Positions 8,277 through 18,091 of a stretch of DNA of 64,000 nt are shown here, one piece after another (position 1 is the stretch's first letter; every line of letters begins with the position of its first letter). The stretch covers positions 29,388 through 93,387 of the forward strand of contig DYGU01000002.1 of assembly GCA_020724525.1 (NCBI GenBank). Reading direction: 5' to 3'. This stretch comes from Dehalococcoides mccartyi. GTDB lineage: Bacteria; Chloroflexota; Dehalococcoidia; GIF9; DYGU01. A program made the translations under genes and the position numbers. The notes below the pieces were generated by a model, which saw only the letters and a program-made list of their open reading frames with translations, did not search any database and had not been told where the DNA came from.

Positions 8277-10634
8277 TCATTTAATATATTCAAAGATTTT
8301 TACTCTGGGGGCGATTATGCCCGGTCCTATCAGGGTCAGGGTTGGGGACTCATAAAGGAACTTGTAGCGCTGGAGCCCTTCCAGAGGCACCGGGGTCCTC
8401 CCGGGACTGGTGCCAACTATACGGTAGTTTTTGGCAGCTTGTTTGCCAATAAAAGCTTCGGCTTCTGGGTAAGTGGCGAAGGTCCGGGAGCTGGTGATTT
8501 CCTTATAAGGTCTTCCCCTTTTGTCTTTCATTTCCGCGTAAGAAATAACTGTTATTGAAGTCGGGGTCGAGGCTTCGCCGTTGAAATTGTATAGCTGGCT
8601 TGCCAGAGACTTGTAGTAATCAGGAAAATAGAGCCTCGTTGGGGTAAGGGTGCTATCTGGTTTTCTGGTGTAGTAAACATCCATAAACTGGGATAATTCC
8701 TTGCCACTCAAGGCAGCCAGAGACGGGAATTTGGCGGTTACAGTATGGTCAACTATTACATATTTTGCCCCGGATCCGTCCATTATTTTATTGGCTGAGG
8801 CTTCGTCCTGGGCAGTGAAGAAAGCGGAAGGAATACCACCCGGACCCATACCGCCAGGGTCGGCCACCGGCAGGCGGTGAGCGATCCGGACGATGAAATA
8901 ACCATACCCCCAGAGAGACATTACGCTATAAGCGGAAGGGGGGTAACTATATTGCTGCCCCTTTGGCGGAGGTTCGTATAGCTGATAATAGAAATCAGGG
9001 TCTGGAAATGGCTCTGGTGTGTTGTTTTTGAGCCAGATAAGAGAACGATATAAGTCTTCACAAATTGTGGCTCCTCCCTCCGCCCAGCCGGCTTTCACCT
9101 GCTTTGGGCCTGCCATCAGGTTAGGGAAAAATACCAGGAAAAAGACAATAATTAGGGCTAAAGCCTGGTTTATGATAAATGTCGGTCGGCTCTTCTTTGG
9201 CTTAACCTTACCCTTTTTCTTTAATGTTTGTGGCACCTTAGGTTCCAGAGCGGGCTCTTTAAAGCCAGCGAATTTTAGGATTTTCCAGGCAAAGTAACCG
9301 GTGAGCAAAGCTACAATGATGGCTAAATAATAGCTCCAACGAAGCATGCCTAAACCTAATGCCACGATGATTAAGCTCCAGGTAAGGAGCAGCATTTTGG
9401 TTGCCTCCCCCCGTTTGCCAGCTTCATAAATGAGCAAGCCGAGGGAAACGAAGGTGATGAAAAAGCCAGTAGTGAAATTAGCCCAGGCCAAGTTCAAAGA
9501 AAAATAGCCACCCGTGAAGAGCAGAGGTATGGTCTCACTAACCCCCGGAGCCATCGCAAAAGTAAGTAGGCTGAGGTAACCCAGAATTGTTCTTAACAGG
9601 TGGGGGTTGATGATATAAAAGAGGATTATACCGGATAGTCCGAGTCCAGCAACTATTAGGGGATAAAAGGCAGGCTTTATACCCTTATCAGCCATCAGCC
9701 GGGAGATAAGGCACAGGGCTATGGGGATGGTCAGGGCAATTAGCAGTGACACCTGGTAGAGAGGCTGTGTTCGGACTTGAGGATAAAAGCCAAAAACGAG
9801 TCCTGAGGCGATGACAAAGGTTAAGCCGCCAATAATGCCCAGATAGTCCGTTGGCGTTCGCCGCAGGTGGTCTATAATGGGCTGGACTATGAGGAAACAA
9901 AAGATGATGAAGACAAAGAGGAGGGCACCTGCCCAGGAGAGGAGGTAAATCCCAAGGCTGATGCCAGCAAGGAGGGTGCAGGCAAGAGGCTTAGTGACAG
10001 ATTTCCAGTTTTGAGGCAGCAAGTGGCTAAAGGAAAGCTGGTTTCCCCGGGCTTGTTTTATCGCCAGTATCAGAAACATCATGGTCAGAGTGCTGAAAAA
10101 GATTTCAGCCACATGATGGTCAGGCATGCCCAAAAGTGTCCGGCTTAAGAAGGTGCCAGGCAAAACAGAAATGAGAGCCGCGCCTAAGAGACCAGCCCAG
10201 TGGTTAAACACTACTTTGCCGATAAAATATACCGGGACAACCGTTAGCGCCCCTAAAATGGCTGGTAAATAAGCACCTACCAAATCTATAATCTTTTCAC
10301 TGGGTGTGCCTAAACCGATAGCCCAGGCAATTGAAGCAAGTAGCCAGAGCCACCCGGAATGCGCAGCAGTGCCACCGCCATAAGGGTAACCAAAATAAGG
10401 GTCAAAGGAAATACGGTGGGGGAAATTGTGGACCAAATTATCTACCTGTCGCATATACCACCAGGGGTCGGTGTCTCTAAATCTAACCCAGTCACCGGCA
10501 AAGACTAAGTCATAAGGTAGATAAACTCGTATAAATAGGGAAATACCGAAAATAATAGATAGTGTTATTGCGATGGTAAAGGCTGGTGACAGCCGGGCTG
10601 GCTCAGCTTTGTAGCCTTTGGTTTTCCTGGTCAT
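8277..10634 (-). CDS. STT3/AglB-family oligosaccharyltransferase-like membrane protein
   Basis: 785 aa. The multi-TM N-terminal half contains RFRDTDPWWYMRQVDNL (first acidic loop), MPDHHVAE (DxH) and GVSETIPL (SVSE/TIxE-like). The soluble C-terminal domain has LWGYGY in place of WWDYG. Confidence 0.7.
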   Translation of the reverse strand: MTRKTKGYKAEPARLSPAFTIAITLSIIFGISLFIRVYLPYDLVFAGDWVRFRDTDPWWYMRQVDNLVHNFPHRISFDPYFGYPYGGGTAAHSGWLWLLASIAWAIGLGTPSEKIIDLVGAYLPAILGALTVVPVYFIGKVVFNHWAGLLGAALISVLPGTFLSRTLLGMPDHHVAEIFFSTLTMMFLILAIKQARGNQLSFSHLLPQNWKSVTKPLACTLLAGISLGIYLLSWAGALLFVFIIFCFLIVQPIIDHLRRTPTDYLGIIGGLTFVIASGLVFGFYPQVRTQPLYQVSLLIALTIPIALCLISRLMADKGIKPAFYPLIVAGLGLSGIILFYIINPHLLRTILGYLSLLTFAMAPGVSETIPLLFTGGYFSLNLAWANFTTGFFITFVSLGLLIYEAGKRGEATKMLLLTWSLIIVALGLGMLRWSYYLAIIVALLTGYFAWKILKFAGFKEPALEPKVPQTLKKKGKVKPKKSRPTFIINQALALIIVFFLVFFPNLMAGPKQVKAGWAEGGATICEDLYRSLIWLKNNTPEPFPDPDFYYQLYEPPPKGQQYSYPPSAYSVMSLWGYGYFIVRIAHRLPVADPGGMGPGGIPSAFFTAQDEASANKIMDGSGAKYVIVDHTVTAKFPSLAALSGKELSQFMDVYYTRKPDSTLTPTRLYFPDYYKSLASQLYNFNGEASTPTSITVISYAEMKDKRGRPYKEITSSRTFATYPEAEAFIGKQAAKNYRIVGTSPGRTPVPLEGLQRYKFLYESPTLTLIGPGIIAPRVKIFEYIK

Positions 10635-10743
10635 ATTGTCAAATAGCCTAATAGCATTGGTTTAGATTATAAGTTAAAATAAGCCAAAGTAAAAGGGGAC
10701 AAGAGAAGACAAAAAACCAGGCATTTAGAAAACTGGTGGAAGG

Positions 10744-11208
10744 ATGTTCATGATTGAGAAGATTGTTTTAATGTTGCTGGTAACCTGGTCTCCGGTGAGT
10801 GAATTAAGAGGGGGTATTCCTGTTGGGTTGGCTTTAGGGCTTGAGCCTGTGCTGACGCTAATTGTAGCTGTGGTAGCTAATTCCGTCTTATTTTTTCCGG
10901 TTTTCGGGGTGCTGGAGCTGTTTTATAAACGATTCCTTTGCCGATTGAAGATTTTCAATTTTTATCTGGAAAAGGTGAGGCAAAGGGGGAAGCCGTGGGT
11001 GGACAAATATGGTTTCTTTGGCTTGACTTTATTTGTCGCCGTGCCTTTACCTGTGACTGGTGTCTATACAGGTGCGACCTTAAGCTGGTTATTGGGTATG
11101 GACTGGAAGCGCGCTTCTCTTGCCATCGGACTCGGAGCCCTTTCAGCCGGGATTGTGGTGCTTTTAGCTTCATTAGGTATAATAACCGTAATAAAGAACT
11201 GGATTTAA
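10744..11208 (+). CDS. small membrane protein, putative small multidrug-export-like family
   Basis: 154 aa with 4 predicted TM segments. The N-terminal ELRGGIPVG motif resembles the COG2426-type family. Confidence 0.55.
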   Translation: MFMIEKIVLMLLVTWSPVSELRGGIPVGLALGLEPVLTLIVAVVANSVLFFPVFGVLELFYKRFLCRLKIFNFYLEKVRQRGKPWVDKYGFFGLTLFVAVPLPVTGVYTGATLSWLLGMDWKRASLAIGLGALSAGIVVLLASLGIITVIKNWI

Positions 11209-11214
11209 ATAACA

Positions 11215-12453
11215 GTGTATGATGCCATTATAGTTGGTGCCGGACCTGTCGGTAGTTATATTGCTTTTAGTTTAGCCAGAGCGGGCTATAAAGTTGCTGT
11301 CTTTGAGGCAAAAGAGACTGTCGGCAGCAAAGTATGCTGCACTGGTATTATCAGCCAGGAATGCTATGCCTGGTTCTGCCCCGAGGATGCTCCAATATTG
11401 AGAAAAGTTAGCTCTGCTAAGTTTTTTGGTCCTCCGGGGCGGTCTTTGACACTGGAAAAAGATACTATCCAGGCTTATATAATTGATCGGGCGACTATTG
11501 ATAAGACTTTAGCCAGGAAGGCTCAAGAAGCAGGAGTTGATTACTTCCTTCAAAGCAAGGTTATGAGTGTCAAACCTGAGAAGGAGTGTTGTCGGGTCGA
11601 AGCAAACTGTCCGAGGCAAAGCCAGGAGTTTCAGGCTAAGGCAGTAGTGGTTGCCTGTGGTTTCGGCTCAATTCTTCCAGAAAGGTTAGGCATGGGCAAA
11701 ATCAATGAATTTATTTCTGGTGCCCAGACTGAAGTAAATACCGAAAGCAGGGAAGTCGAAGTCTACTTTGACCAAGAACTGGCCCCAGGGGGCTTTGCTT
11801 GGATGGTCCCAACGTCTAGTGGGAAAGGCTTAGTCGGTCTTATGTCCAGACATAATGCTCATTCCTTCTTAAAGAGTCTATTATCCAGGCTCATAGCTGA
11901 AGGCAAAATAAGCTCTAAGGAGTTTGAAATAAAACAAAAGGCAATACCATTAAGGACTCTCCCCCGGACTTATAGAGACAGGGTGCTAGTGGTGGGAGAA
12001 GCTGCTGGGCAAGTGAAGCCGACTACCGGTGGTGGTATATATTTTGGCTTACTTTGTGCTGAATTGGCTGTTAACACTTTACATGAGGCATTTTTAATTG
12101 GTGACCTGTCCTCAAGGCAACTTTGCCATTACCAGAGGAAATGGCAGGCAAAAATAGGCTTTGATCTGTGCATAGGTTACCGGGCTCGGGTGATATATGA
12201 TACGATTAGTAATACCCAAATTGAACGCGTCTTCGATATAGCCAGGTCAGACAAAATTTATGAACAATTGCTTAATGGTGAGGATTTTTCTTTCGACTTT
12301 CATGGTAAACTCCTTTCCCGGGTATTGAGACAGCCAAAATTGCTGATGAATTTGGTTACTCCGAAGTCGTTACTCTCGCTATCAGGTATTTCGAGTTTAC
12401 GGCAGGGAGTATCAGGCGAAGCCCCGGAGGCAGATATTGTCTATGATAAATAG
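11215..12453 (+). CDS. geranylgeranyl reductase family FAD-dependent oxidoreductase
   Basis: 412 aa. Has the IIVGAGPVGS dinucleotide fold and VVGEAAGQVKPTTGGGIY, typical of the GGR family. GTG start. Confidence 0.8.
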   Translation: MYDAIIVGAGPVGSYIAFSLARAGYKVAVFEAKETVGSKVCCTGIISQECYAWFCPEDAPILRKVSSAKFFGPPGRSLTLEKDTIQAYIIDRATIDKTLARKAQEAGVDYFLQSKVMSVKPEKECCRVEANCPRQSQEFQAKAVVVACGFGSILPERLGMGKINEFISGAQTEVNTESREVEVYFDQELAPGGFAWMVPTSSGKGLVGLMSRHNAHSFLKSLLSRLIAEGKISSKEFEIKQKAIPLRTLPRTYRDRVLVVGEAAGQVKPTTGGGIYFGLLCAELAVNTLHEAFLIGDLSSRQLCHYQRKWQAKIGFDLCIGYRARVIYDTISNTQIERVFDIARSDKIYEQLLNGEDFSFDFHGKLLSRVLRQPKLLMNLVTPKSLLSLSGISSLRQGVSGEAPEADIVYDK

Positions 12454-13135
12454 TTTCCCGAGACATGTCAGTATTATTATGGATGGTAATGGGCGGTGGG
12501 CAAAGCAGCATGGCTTACCTCGTTTGGGGGGACACCGGGCTGGGGTTGAGAATATTCGCCGGGTTGCTGAGGTCTTTGCTGAATATAAATTAAAATACCT
12601 TACTTTGTTTGCCTTTTCTACTGAAAACTGGGGGCGACCGCAAAGGGAAGTAAAAGGGCTGCTACAAATTTTAGAAGAAAGGATTGACCAGGAAGTTGAG
12701 TTTCTCCATGATAAGAATATCCGGGTTTGCCACCTGGGACGACTTGACCGATTATCCAGAAAACTCCAGCAGAAGATAAGAGGAGCCATTGAACTTACCA
12801 CGAACAATAGCCGGATGACACTTAGTATCGCCTTCGATTATGGGGGTAGAGGTGAGATTTTAGATGCAGTTCGTCGTCTTCTTACTGACAAAGTTTCCCC
12901 GGGAGACATAGATGAGACTTTATTTAAGGAGTATCTTTATTTACCGGGGATTCCTGACCCTGACTTAATCATTCGCACTGGTGGTGAGATACGCCTGAGC
13001 AATTTTCTTTTATGGCAAGCTGCCTATAGCGAACTCTACTTTACTGAGGTGCTGTGGCCCGATTTTGGCAGGACAGAAATTGAGAAAGCCGTGGCTGCTT
13101 ACAGCCAGCGGCAAAGACGCTTTGGTGAGATATAA
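12437..13135 (+). CDS. uppS: undecaprenyl/isoprenyl diphosphate synthase (cis-prenyltransferase)
   Basis: 232 aa. Motifs HVSIIMDGNGRWAK and RTGGEIRLSNFLLWQAAYSE. Overlaps the upstream reductase by 17 nt. Confidence 0.92.
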   Translation: MSMINSFPRHVSIIMDGNGRWAKQHGLPRLGGHRAGVENIRRVAEVFAEYKLKYLTLFAFSTENWGRPQREVKGLLQILEERIDQEVEFLHDKNIRVCHLGRLDRLSRKLQQKIRGAIELTTNNSRMTLSIAFDYGGRGEILDAVRRLLTDKVSPGDIDETLFKEYLYLPGIPDPDLIIRTGGEIRLSNFLLWQAAYSELYFTEVLWPDFGRTEIEKAVAAYSQRQRRFGEI

Positions 13136-13159
13136 ACAGAAACTGTCGGCAACAAAACT

Positions 13160-14406
13160 ATGCACATAGTCATTATTGGTAATGGGATTGCTGGCAATAC
13201 GGCAGCTCTGACTATCAAAAGAGGCAACCCAGAAGTTAGTCTTACTTTAATCTCGGAAGAAAATTGCCCTTTGTATTCACCATGTGTCTTACCTCATTAC
13301 CTCGCCGGTGCCATAGATAGAAATCGAGTCTTCCTCGAGGGTATAGAAAGTTACTCTGGGGAAGGGATTAGAATCATCCTTGGGGAGAAAGCCGAAAATA
13401 TTGATGTCAGGAATAAAGAAGTATCTTTGCTCAGCCAGGTCATTCCTTATGATAAGCTGGTAATAGCCACTGGTAGCAAAGTGATAATCCCACCTATTGA
13501 TGGTTTAAATAAGGAGGGTATCTTTACACTCAAATCTCTGGGTGATGCTGATAGGCTCTGCCACTGGTCGGGGAAAGAAGCTGTAGTTATTGGTTCTGGC
13601 TTTATTGGTATTGAAGTAGCGGTAGCTTTAAAAAAAGAGGTTATCAGGTTCATATAATAGAATTACTTGACTGGATATTACCTCGCGCCTTCGATGAAAG
13701 TCCGGCATCCTTATTAGCCGAAATTCTTCAGGAAAATGGCATTGAGGTATCAGTCAAGGAAGGGGTTAACCGTATTACTGGTAATACCCGGGTTACCACT
13801 GTGGTCACCGACAAACGCGAGATAAAATGTGATACAGTAATTCTGGCTACGAGAACGAAGCCCGAGGTGGAATTAGCCCGGAAAGCTGGGCTTAAGATTG
13901 GCAGGCTTGGTGGTATTGAAGTAGATAAGGGAATGTTAAGTAGTGTTAGCGATGTCTACGCCTATGGCGATTGTGTTGAGACGGAAGATTTGGTCAGTGG
14001 GGAAAAGGCTTTAAATTTGCTTTGGCGTAATGCCAAACAACAGGCTGAAGCTGCTGCTAATAATTGTTTAGGTGGTCACCAGAAATATCCTGGCTCCATA
14101 AATGTTACCGGGGTAGATATTTTTGATGTCCAGGGCGTTTCCATTGGCATTACCGCAAGTAGTATTGCTCAGGAGGCTAATAAGCTGGAGATAATCGAGA
14201 AAAGTCGAGGGTTGGATTACCTGCGCTTGATAATCTATGACCAGGTTCTTGTTGGTGTCCAGGCAATAAACAAAATTAAAGAATTGGGTTCCCTGCTTAG
14301 TGTCATATTACGTAAGGAAGGTTTAAAGTTGCCTGAAAAGGGAAGTAGTATCTTCCCCTACCTTTTGCAGCGGCACCGGCTAAGCCAGTACTTGAGTAGA
14401 ACTTGA
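13160..14406 (+). pseudogene. pyridine nucleotide-disulfide oxidoreductase (NADH oxidase/CoA-disulfide reductase-like) split by a -1 frameshift in an A7 run
   Basis: ORF 13160..13657 (IVIIGNGIAGNTAA, VVIGSGFIGIEVA) continues in another frame as RGYQVHIIELLDWILPRAFD...DVYAYGDCV. The shift is at the A7 run 13630-13636. Confidence 0.8.
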
Positions 14407-14462
14407 AGGTGGTAAAGCATGGAAGTTAAAGTCATAGACTAGTTGGTCATGTTCTTGAATCT

Positions 14463-14810
14463 ATGCCCAGTGATTGTGGTCGACCTATCTACCTTGACCG
14501 CATTGCTTGCGATTTCCCCAATCTCAAGATTATCGGCTCTCATACCGGCTATCCGTGGGTAGAAGAGCTGATTTTGGTTTGTTATAAGTGGGACAATGTC
14601 TGGTTTGGATGTGATGCCTGGGCACCCAAATTGTGGTCACAGTCGATAATCCAGTATATCAACTGCCGTTTAGGGGCAGAGCGGTGTATTTGGGGCACCA
14701 ATGGGCTACCGTGGAAAGAAATGCTGGACCAGGTTAATACTTTGGGACTGAAGGAAAAGAATAAGAGAAAGCTTCTCCGGGATAACGCCATTGAGTTGTT
14801 CAAGCTTTAG
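14463..14810 (+). pseudogene. C-terminal remnant of an amidohydrolase-2-like gene
   Basis: Only 115 aa (GSHTGYPWVEE...) remain, corresponding to the C-terminal part of a metal-dependent hydrolase. The N-terminal two thirds are missing. Confidence 0.5.
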
Positions 14811-14868
14811 GGTGCCAGTTAGCCTTCCCTGAAATAGTAAAATTTTTGTCCGTGATCATTAAAAAGCA

Positions 14869-14897
14869 TTGACAGTGAAGTTGGTTGTGGTTATTAT
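14869..14897 (+). promoter_or_regulatory. sigma70-like promoter upstream of the dsr-type operon
   Basis: TTGACA (14869-14874), 17-nt spacer, TATTAT (14892-14897). Confidence 0.45.
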
Positions 14898-14930
14898 GTC
14901 TCAATTGTTTATAGTTAAGGTTCAAATATA

Positions 14931-15461
14931 ATGGACTGGGCTACAATTTTAAGAAATTTCCTTTGCCAAAAGAAAGCTTCCATTTTAGAGAGGTGGTTCA
15001 ATCTCATAATGGAGAGTTATCCTGGCGACAGTTTATTTTTAAAGCAGGAGAAGGATAGGTTTGCTAATCCGGTCGGATATACGATTTCCCAGGAAATAGA
15101 GACTTTGTATGAAGGACTCCTTCAGGGGGTGGCTTCTGACAAACTTATCACCTCGCTCGACAATATTATTAGAATCAGAGCAGTCCAGGATTTTTCCCCG
15201 TCACAGGCTGTTTCCTTTGTCTTCCGTTTAAAGCAAGCGATAAGAGATGAGTTGGACAAGGAAATTCATGAAGGTCAGATTTCTAAGGAATTGTTGAAAT
15301 TTGAGTCTAAAATAGATGAACTGGCTCTTCTTGCCTTTGATATATATATGAAGTGTCGGGAGAATATCTACGAAATCAGGGTAAATAAGTTGAAAGCCGA
15401 AGTGGTGGGAGCGTTAAAACTGTCTGGGAAAAAATCTAATGCCTACCAGGTGAAAAAGTAG
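14931..15461 (+). CDS. hypothetical protein, possibly RsbRD-N-terminal-like domain protein
   Basis: 176 aa helical protein. The pattern ILERWF...FANPVG...IRIRAVQDFSPSQAV recalls the RsbRD_N family, but this is from memory only. Confidence 0.6.
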   Translation: MDWATILRNFLCQKKASILERWFNLIMESYPGDSLFLKQEKDRFANPVGYTISQEIETLYEGLLQGVASDKLITSLDNIIRIRAVQDFSPSQAVSFVFRLKQAIRDELDKEIHEGQISKELLKFESKIDELALLAFDIYMKCRENIYEIRVNKLKAEVVGALKLSGKKSNAYQVKK

Positions 15462-15471
15462 AGGCAATAAA

Positions 15472-16467
15472 ATGAAAGTCTTATATTCTCTATTAGCAGT
15501 TATAGTATTGGTTCTGGTTGCCTATGTAGGAGTTGGACTATTAGGCTTACATTCTCTTTTCGGGGTTATGATACCTTATGCAGCAGGGGCTGTATTTATT
15601 GTTGGACTTGTTTACCGCGTCTTGAAATGGGCAAAAGCACCGGTTCCATTCCATATACCTACGGTCTGTGGACAACAAAAATCCCTTCCCTGGATCAAAG
15701 CCAATAACATTGAAAGCCCTCACAATACCTGGGGCGTTATAGCCAGATTAGCCCTTGAGGTACTTCTTTTCCGTTCTTTGTTCCGGAACGAAAGAGTGGA
15801 GCTGAGAAGGTCTGAAAAACTTATTTTTGGAGGAAATAAATATCTGTGGTTAGGAGGATTAGCTTTTCATTGGTGTCTTTTCATCATTCTCTTCCGACAC
15901 TTAATATATTTCATGGAGCCGGTGCCTTCTGTGGTGCTTTTTGTTCAGGATATGGACGGTATTTTCGAATTTGCAGTGCCGACTCTTTTCTTGACAGATT
16001 TGGTCATCTTAATAGCCTTAACCTACCTTTTCTTGCGGAGGGTTATTTATTCTCAGATACGATATATTTCCCTTTCCTCTGACTATTTTGCTGTTTTACT
16101 GATCTTGGGCGTGGTCATTTCTGGTGTTCTTATCAGGCTCTTTTACAAAGTAGATATTGCCGCAGTGAAGGAGTTAGCTATGGGAGTTATTAGTTTTCGC
16201 CCCACTGTCCCGGAAGGAATAAGTTTACTCTTTTACATCAAGCTATTCCTTGTCAGCACTCTGGTAGCTTACTTCCCTTTTAGCAAGCTGGTGCACGGAG
16301 CTGGAATCCTCCTCAGCCCCACCAGAAACTTGAAGAACAACAGCCGGATGCGCCGACACATAAATCCCTGGGATTACCCTGTCAAAGTTCATACTTATGA
16401 GAAATATGAGGAGGAATTCAGGGAAGCAATGAAGGAGGCTGGATTACCTTTAGAAAAGGAGAATTAA
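15472..16467 (+). CDS. dsrM: DsrM-like membrane di-heme b protein (NarI family)
   Basis: 331 aa with about 6 TM segments and conserved His residues in the TM helices. It is the first gene of an M-K-J-O-P ordered cluster. Confidence 0.7.
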   Translation: MKVLYSLLAVIVLVLVAYVGVGLLGLHSLFGVMIPYAAGAVFIVGLVYRVLKWAKAPVPFHIPTVCGQQKSLPWIKANNIESPHNTWGVIARLALEVLLFRSLFRNERVELRRSEKLIFGGNKYLWLGGLAFHWCLFIILFRHLIYFMEPVPSVVLFVQDMDGIFEFAVPTLFLTDLVILIALTYLFLRRVIYSQIRYISLSSDYFAVLLILGVVISGVLIRLFYKVDIAAVKELAMGVISFRPTVPEGISLLFYIKLFLVSTLVAYFPFSKLVHGAGILLSPTRNLKNNSRMRRHINPWDYPVKVHTYEKYEEEFREAMKEAGLPLEKEN

Positions 16468-16468
16468 A

Positions 16469-18091
16469 ATGTCAGCAGAAGCATTGGGACCAAAAGAAGT
16501 ATTAAAGACAATAGATTATAAGCCTGTCAAGAGGAGTTGGCTGGAGCTGACTGTTGAATTCAGAAAGGGCACCTACTTATATACTCCACCGCGAAAGCTT
16601 TTAGACTATCTTGGACTTCCCAACCCAAGGAAATGGCTGCCTTCTGAGAAGGATTGGCAACTACCGGAAAACTGGAGGCAAATAATACTGGAAGGGATGA
16701 AAGATCGCTTAAGTAAATACCGTTCCTTTCAGCTCTTTTTAGATATTTGTGTTAGATGCGGTGCTTGCGCTGATAAGTGTCCCTTTTTTATTGGCTCCGG
16801 TGACCCTAAGAATATGCCTGTCCTCAGAACAGAGCTTTTGAGGTCTGTATATAGAAAGTATTTCACAACATCTGGAAAGCTCTTCGGAAAGCTTGCCGGA
16901 GCCAGAGAACTTACTGAGGATGTAGTCAAAGAATGGTTTTATTATTTCTACCAGTGCACGGAATGTCGCCGCTGCTCTGTTTTCTGTGTTTACGGCATTG
17001 ACACTTGTGAGATAACAATGATGGCAAGGGAGCTACTCAATTCACTTGGTTGTGGCGTGAATTGGATTGTTGATCCTGCTGCCAAGTGTTATCGACTTGG
17101 CAATCATTTAGGTCTGCCACCCCATGGCTTCAAGGGTGTTATAGATACAGCGATTGAAGATATAAGGGAGATAACTGGAATCAAGGTGGAGGTATCCCTC
17201 AACAGGAAGGGTGCTGAAGTGCTCTTTGTCGTTCCCTCTGCTGACTATTTTGCTAGCCCGCACTGGTTTACCTTTCTGGGTTATCTCATGCTTTTTCACG
17301 AAATTGGGCTTGATTACACCTTTAGCACCTATGCCTCTGAAGGAGGGAACTTTGGCTTTTTCCATTCTGCTGAGTTAGCCAAAAGGCTAAACGCCAAAAT
17401 GTACGCCGAAGCCAAGAGGCTGAAGGTAAAGTGGATACTTGGTGGGGAGTGTGGTCATATGTGGAGGGTCTTACATCAATATATGGACACTTATAACGGT
17501 CCGGCTGATTTCTTGGAAGAACCAGTATCACCGATAACGGGCACAAAATTTGAGAATGCCAAATCGACAAAAATGGTTCATATTTGCGAATTTACTGCTG
17601 ACCTTATTTACCATAACAAATTGAAATTGGAGCCAAGCCGAAATGACCGCTGGAAAGTGACTTTTCATGATTCCTGTAATATGACAAGGGCTGTGGGACT
17701 CTTTGAGGAGCCGCGGTATATAATCAAAAATGTGTGTAATTATTTCTATGAAATGCCGGAGAATACGATAAAGGAGCGGACTTTCTGCTGTGGTAGCGGG
17801 TCTGGTATAGGGGCTGACGAACATTTAGAAGTCAGGTTGAGGGGGGGCTTTCCTAGAGCGAATGCGGTAAAGTATGTTCGTGAGAGATATGGGGTGAACC
17901 TGCTTGCCTGTATTTGCGCTATTGATAAAGCTACCTTACCTCCTCTGTTACAATATTGGGTTCCCGGGGTAGAAGTTGCTGGTGTTCATGAGCTGGTAGG
18001 GAATGCCCTGGTGATGAAAGGGGAGAAGCCGAGGGTTACTGATCTGCGGTTCCAACCCCTTAAAGGAGAGGAGGGAGAAGGGGATGTATGA
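16469..18091 (+). CDS. dsrK: DsrK-like iron-sulfur protein (HdrD family, CCG domain)
   Basis: 540 aa. Motifs CVRCGACADKCP, CTECRRCSVFC and the CCG motif FCCGSGSG. Confidence 0.8.
   Translation: MSAEALGPKEVLKTIDYKPVKRSWLELTVEFRKGTYLYTPPRKLLDYLGLPNPRKWLPSEKDWQLPENWRQIILEGMKDRLSKYRSFQLFLDICVRCGACADKCPFFIGSGDPKNMPVLRTELLRSVYRKYFTTSGKLFGKLAGARELTEDVVKEWFYYFYQCTECRRCSVFCVYGIDTCEITMMARELLNSLGCGVNWIVDPAAKCYRLGNHLGLPPHGFKGVIDTAIEDIREITGIKVEVSLNRKGAEVLFVVPSADYFASPHWFTFLGYLMLFHEIGLDYTFSTYASEGGNFGFFHSAELAKRLNAKMYAEAKRLKVKWILGGECGHMWRVLHQYMDTYNGPADFLEEPVSPITGTKFENAKSTKMVHICEFTADLIYHNKLKLEPSRNDRWKVTFHDSCNMTRAVGLFEEPRYIIKNVCNYFYEMPENTIKERTFCCGSGSGIGADEHLEVRLRGGFPRANAVKYVRERYGVNLLACICAIDKATLPPLLQYWVPGVEVAGVHELVGNALVMKGEKPRVTDLRFQPLKGEEGEGDV

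Noticed and set aside
12412-12807. 131-aa minus-strand ORF
   Set aside because: It is antisense to uppS, which carries the diagnostic DGNGRWA and RLSNFLLWQ motifs.
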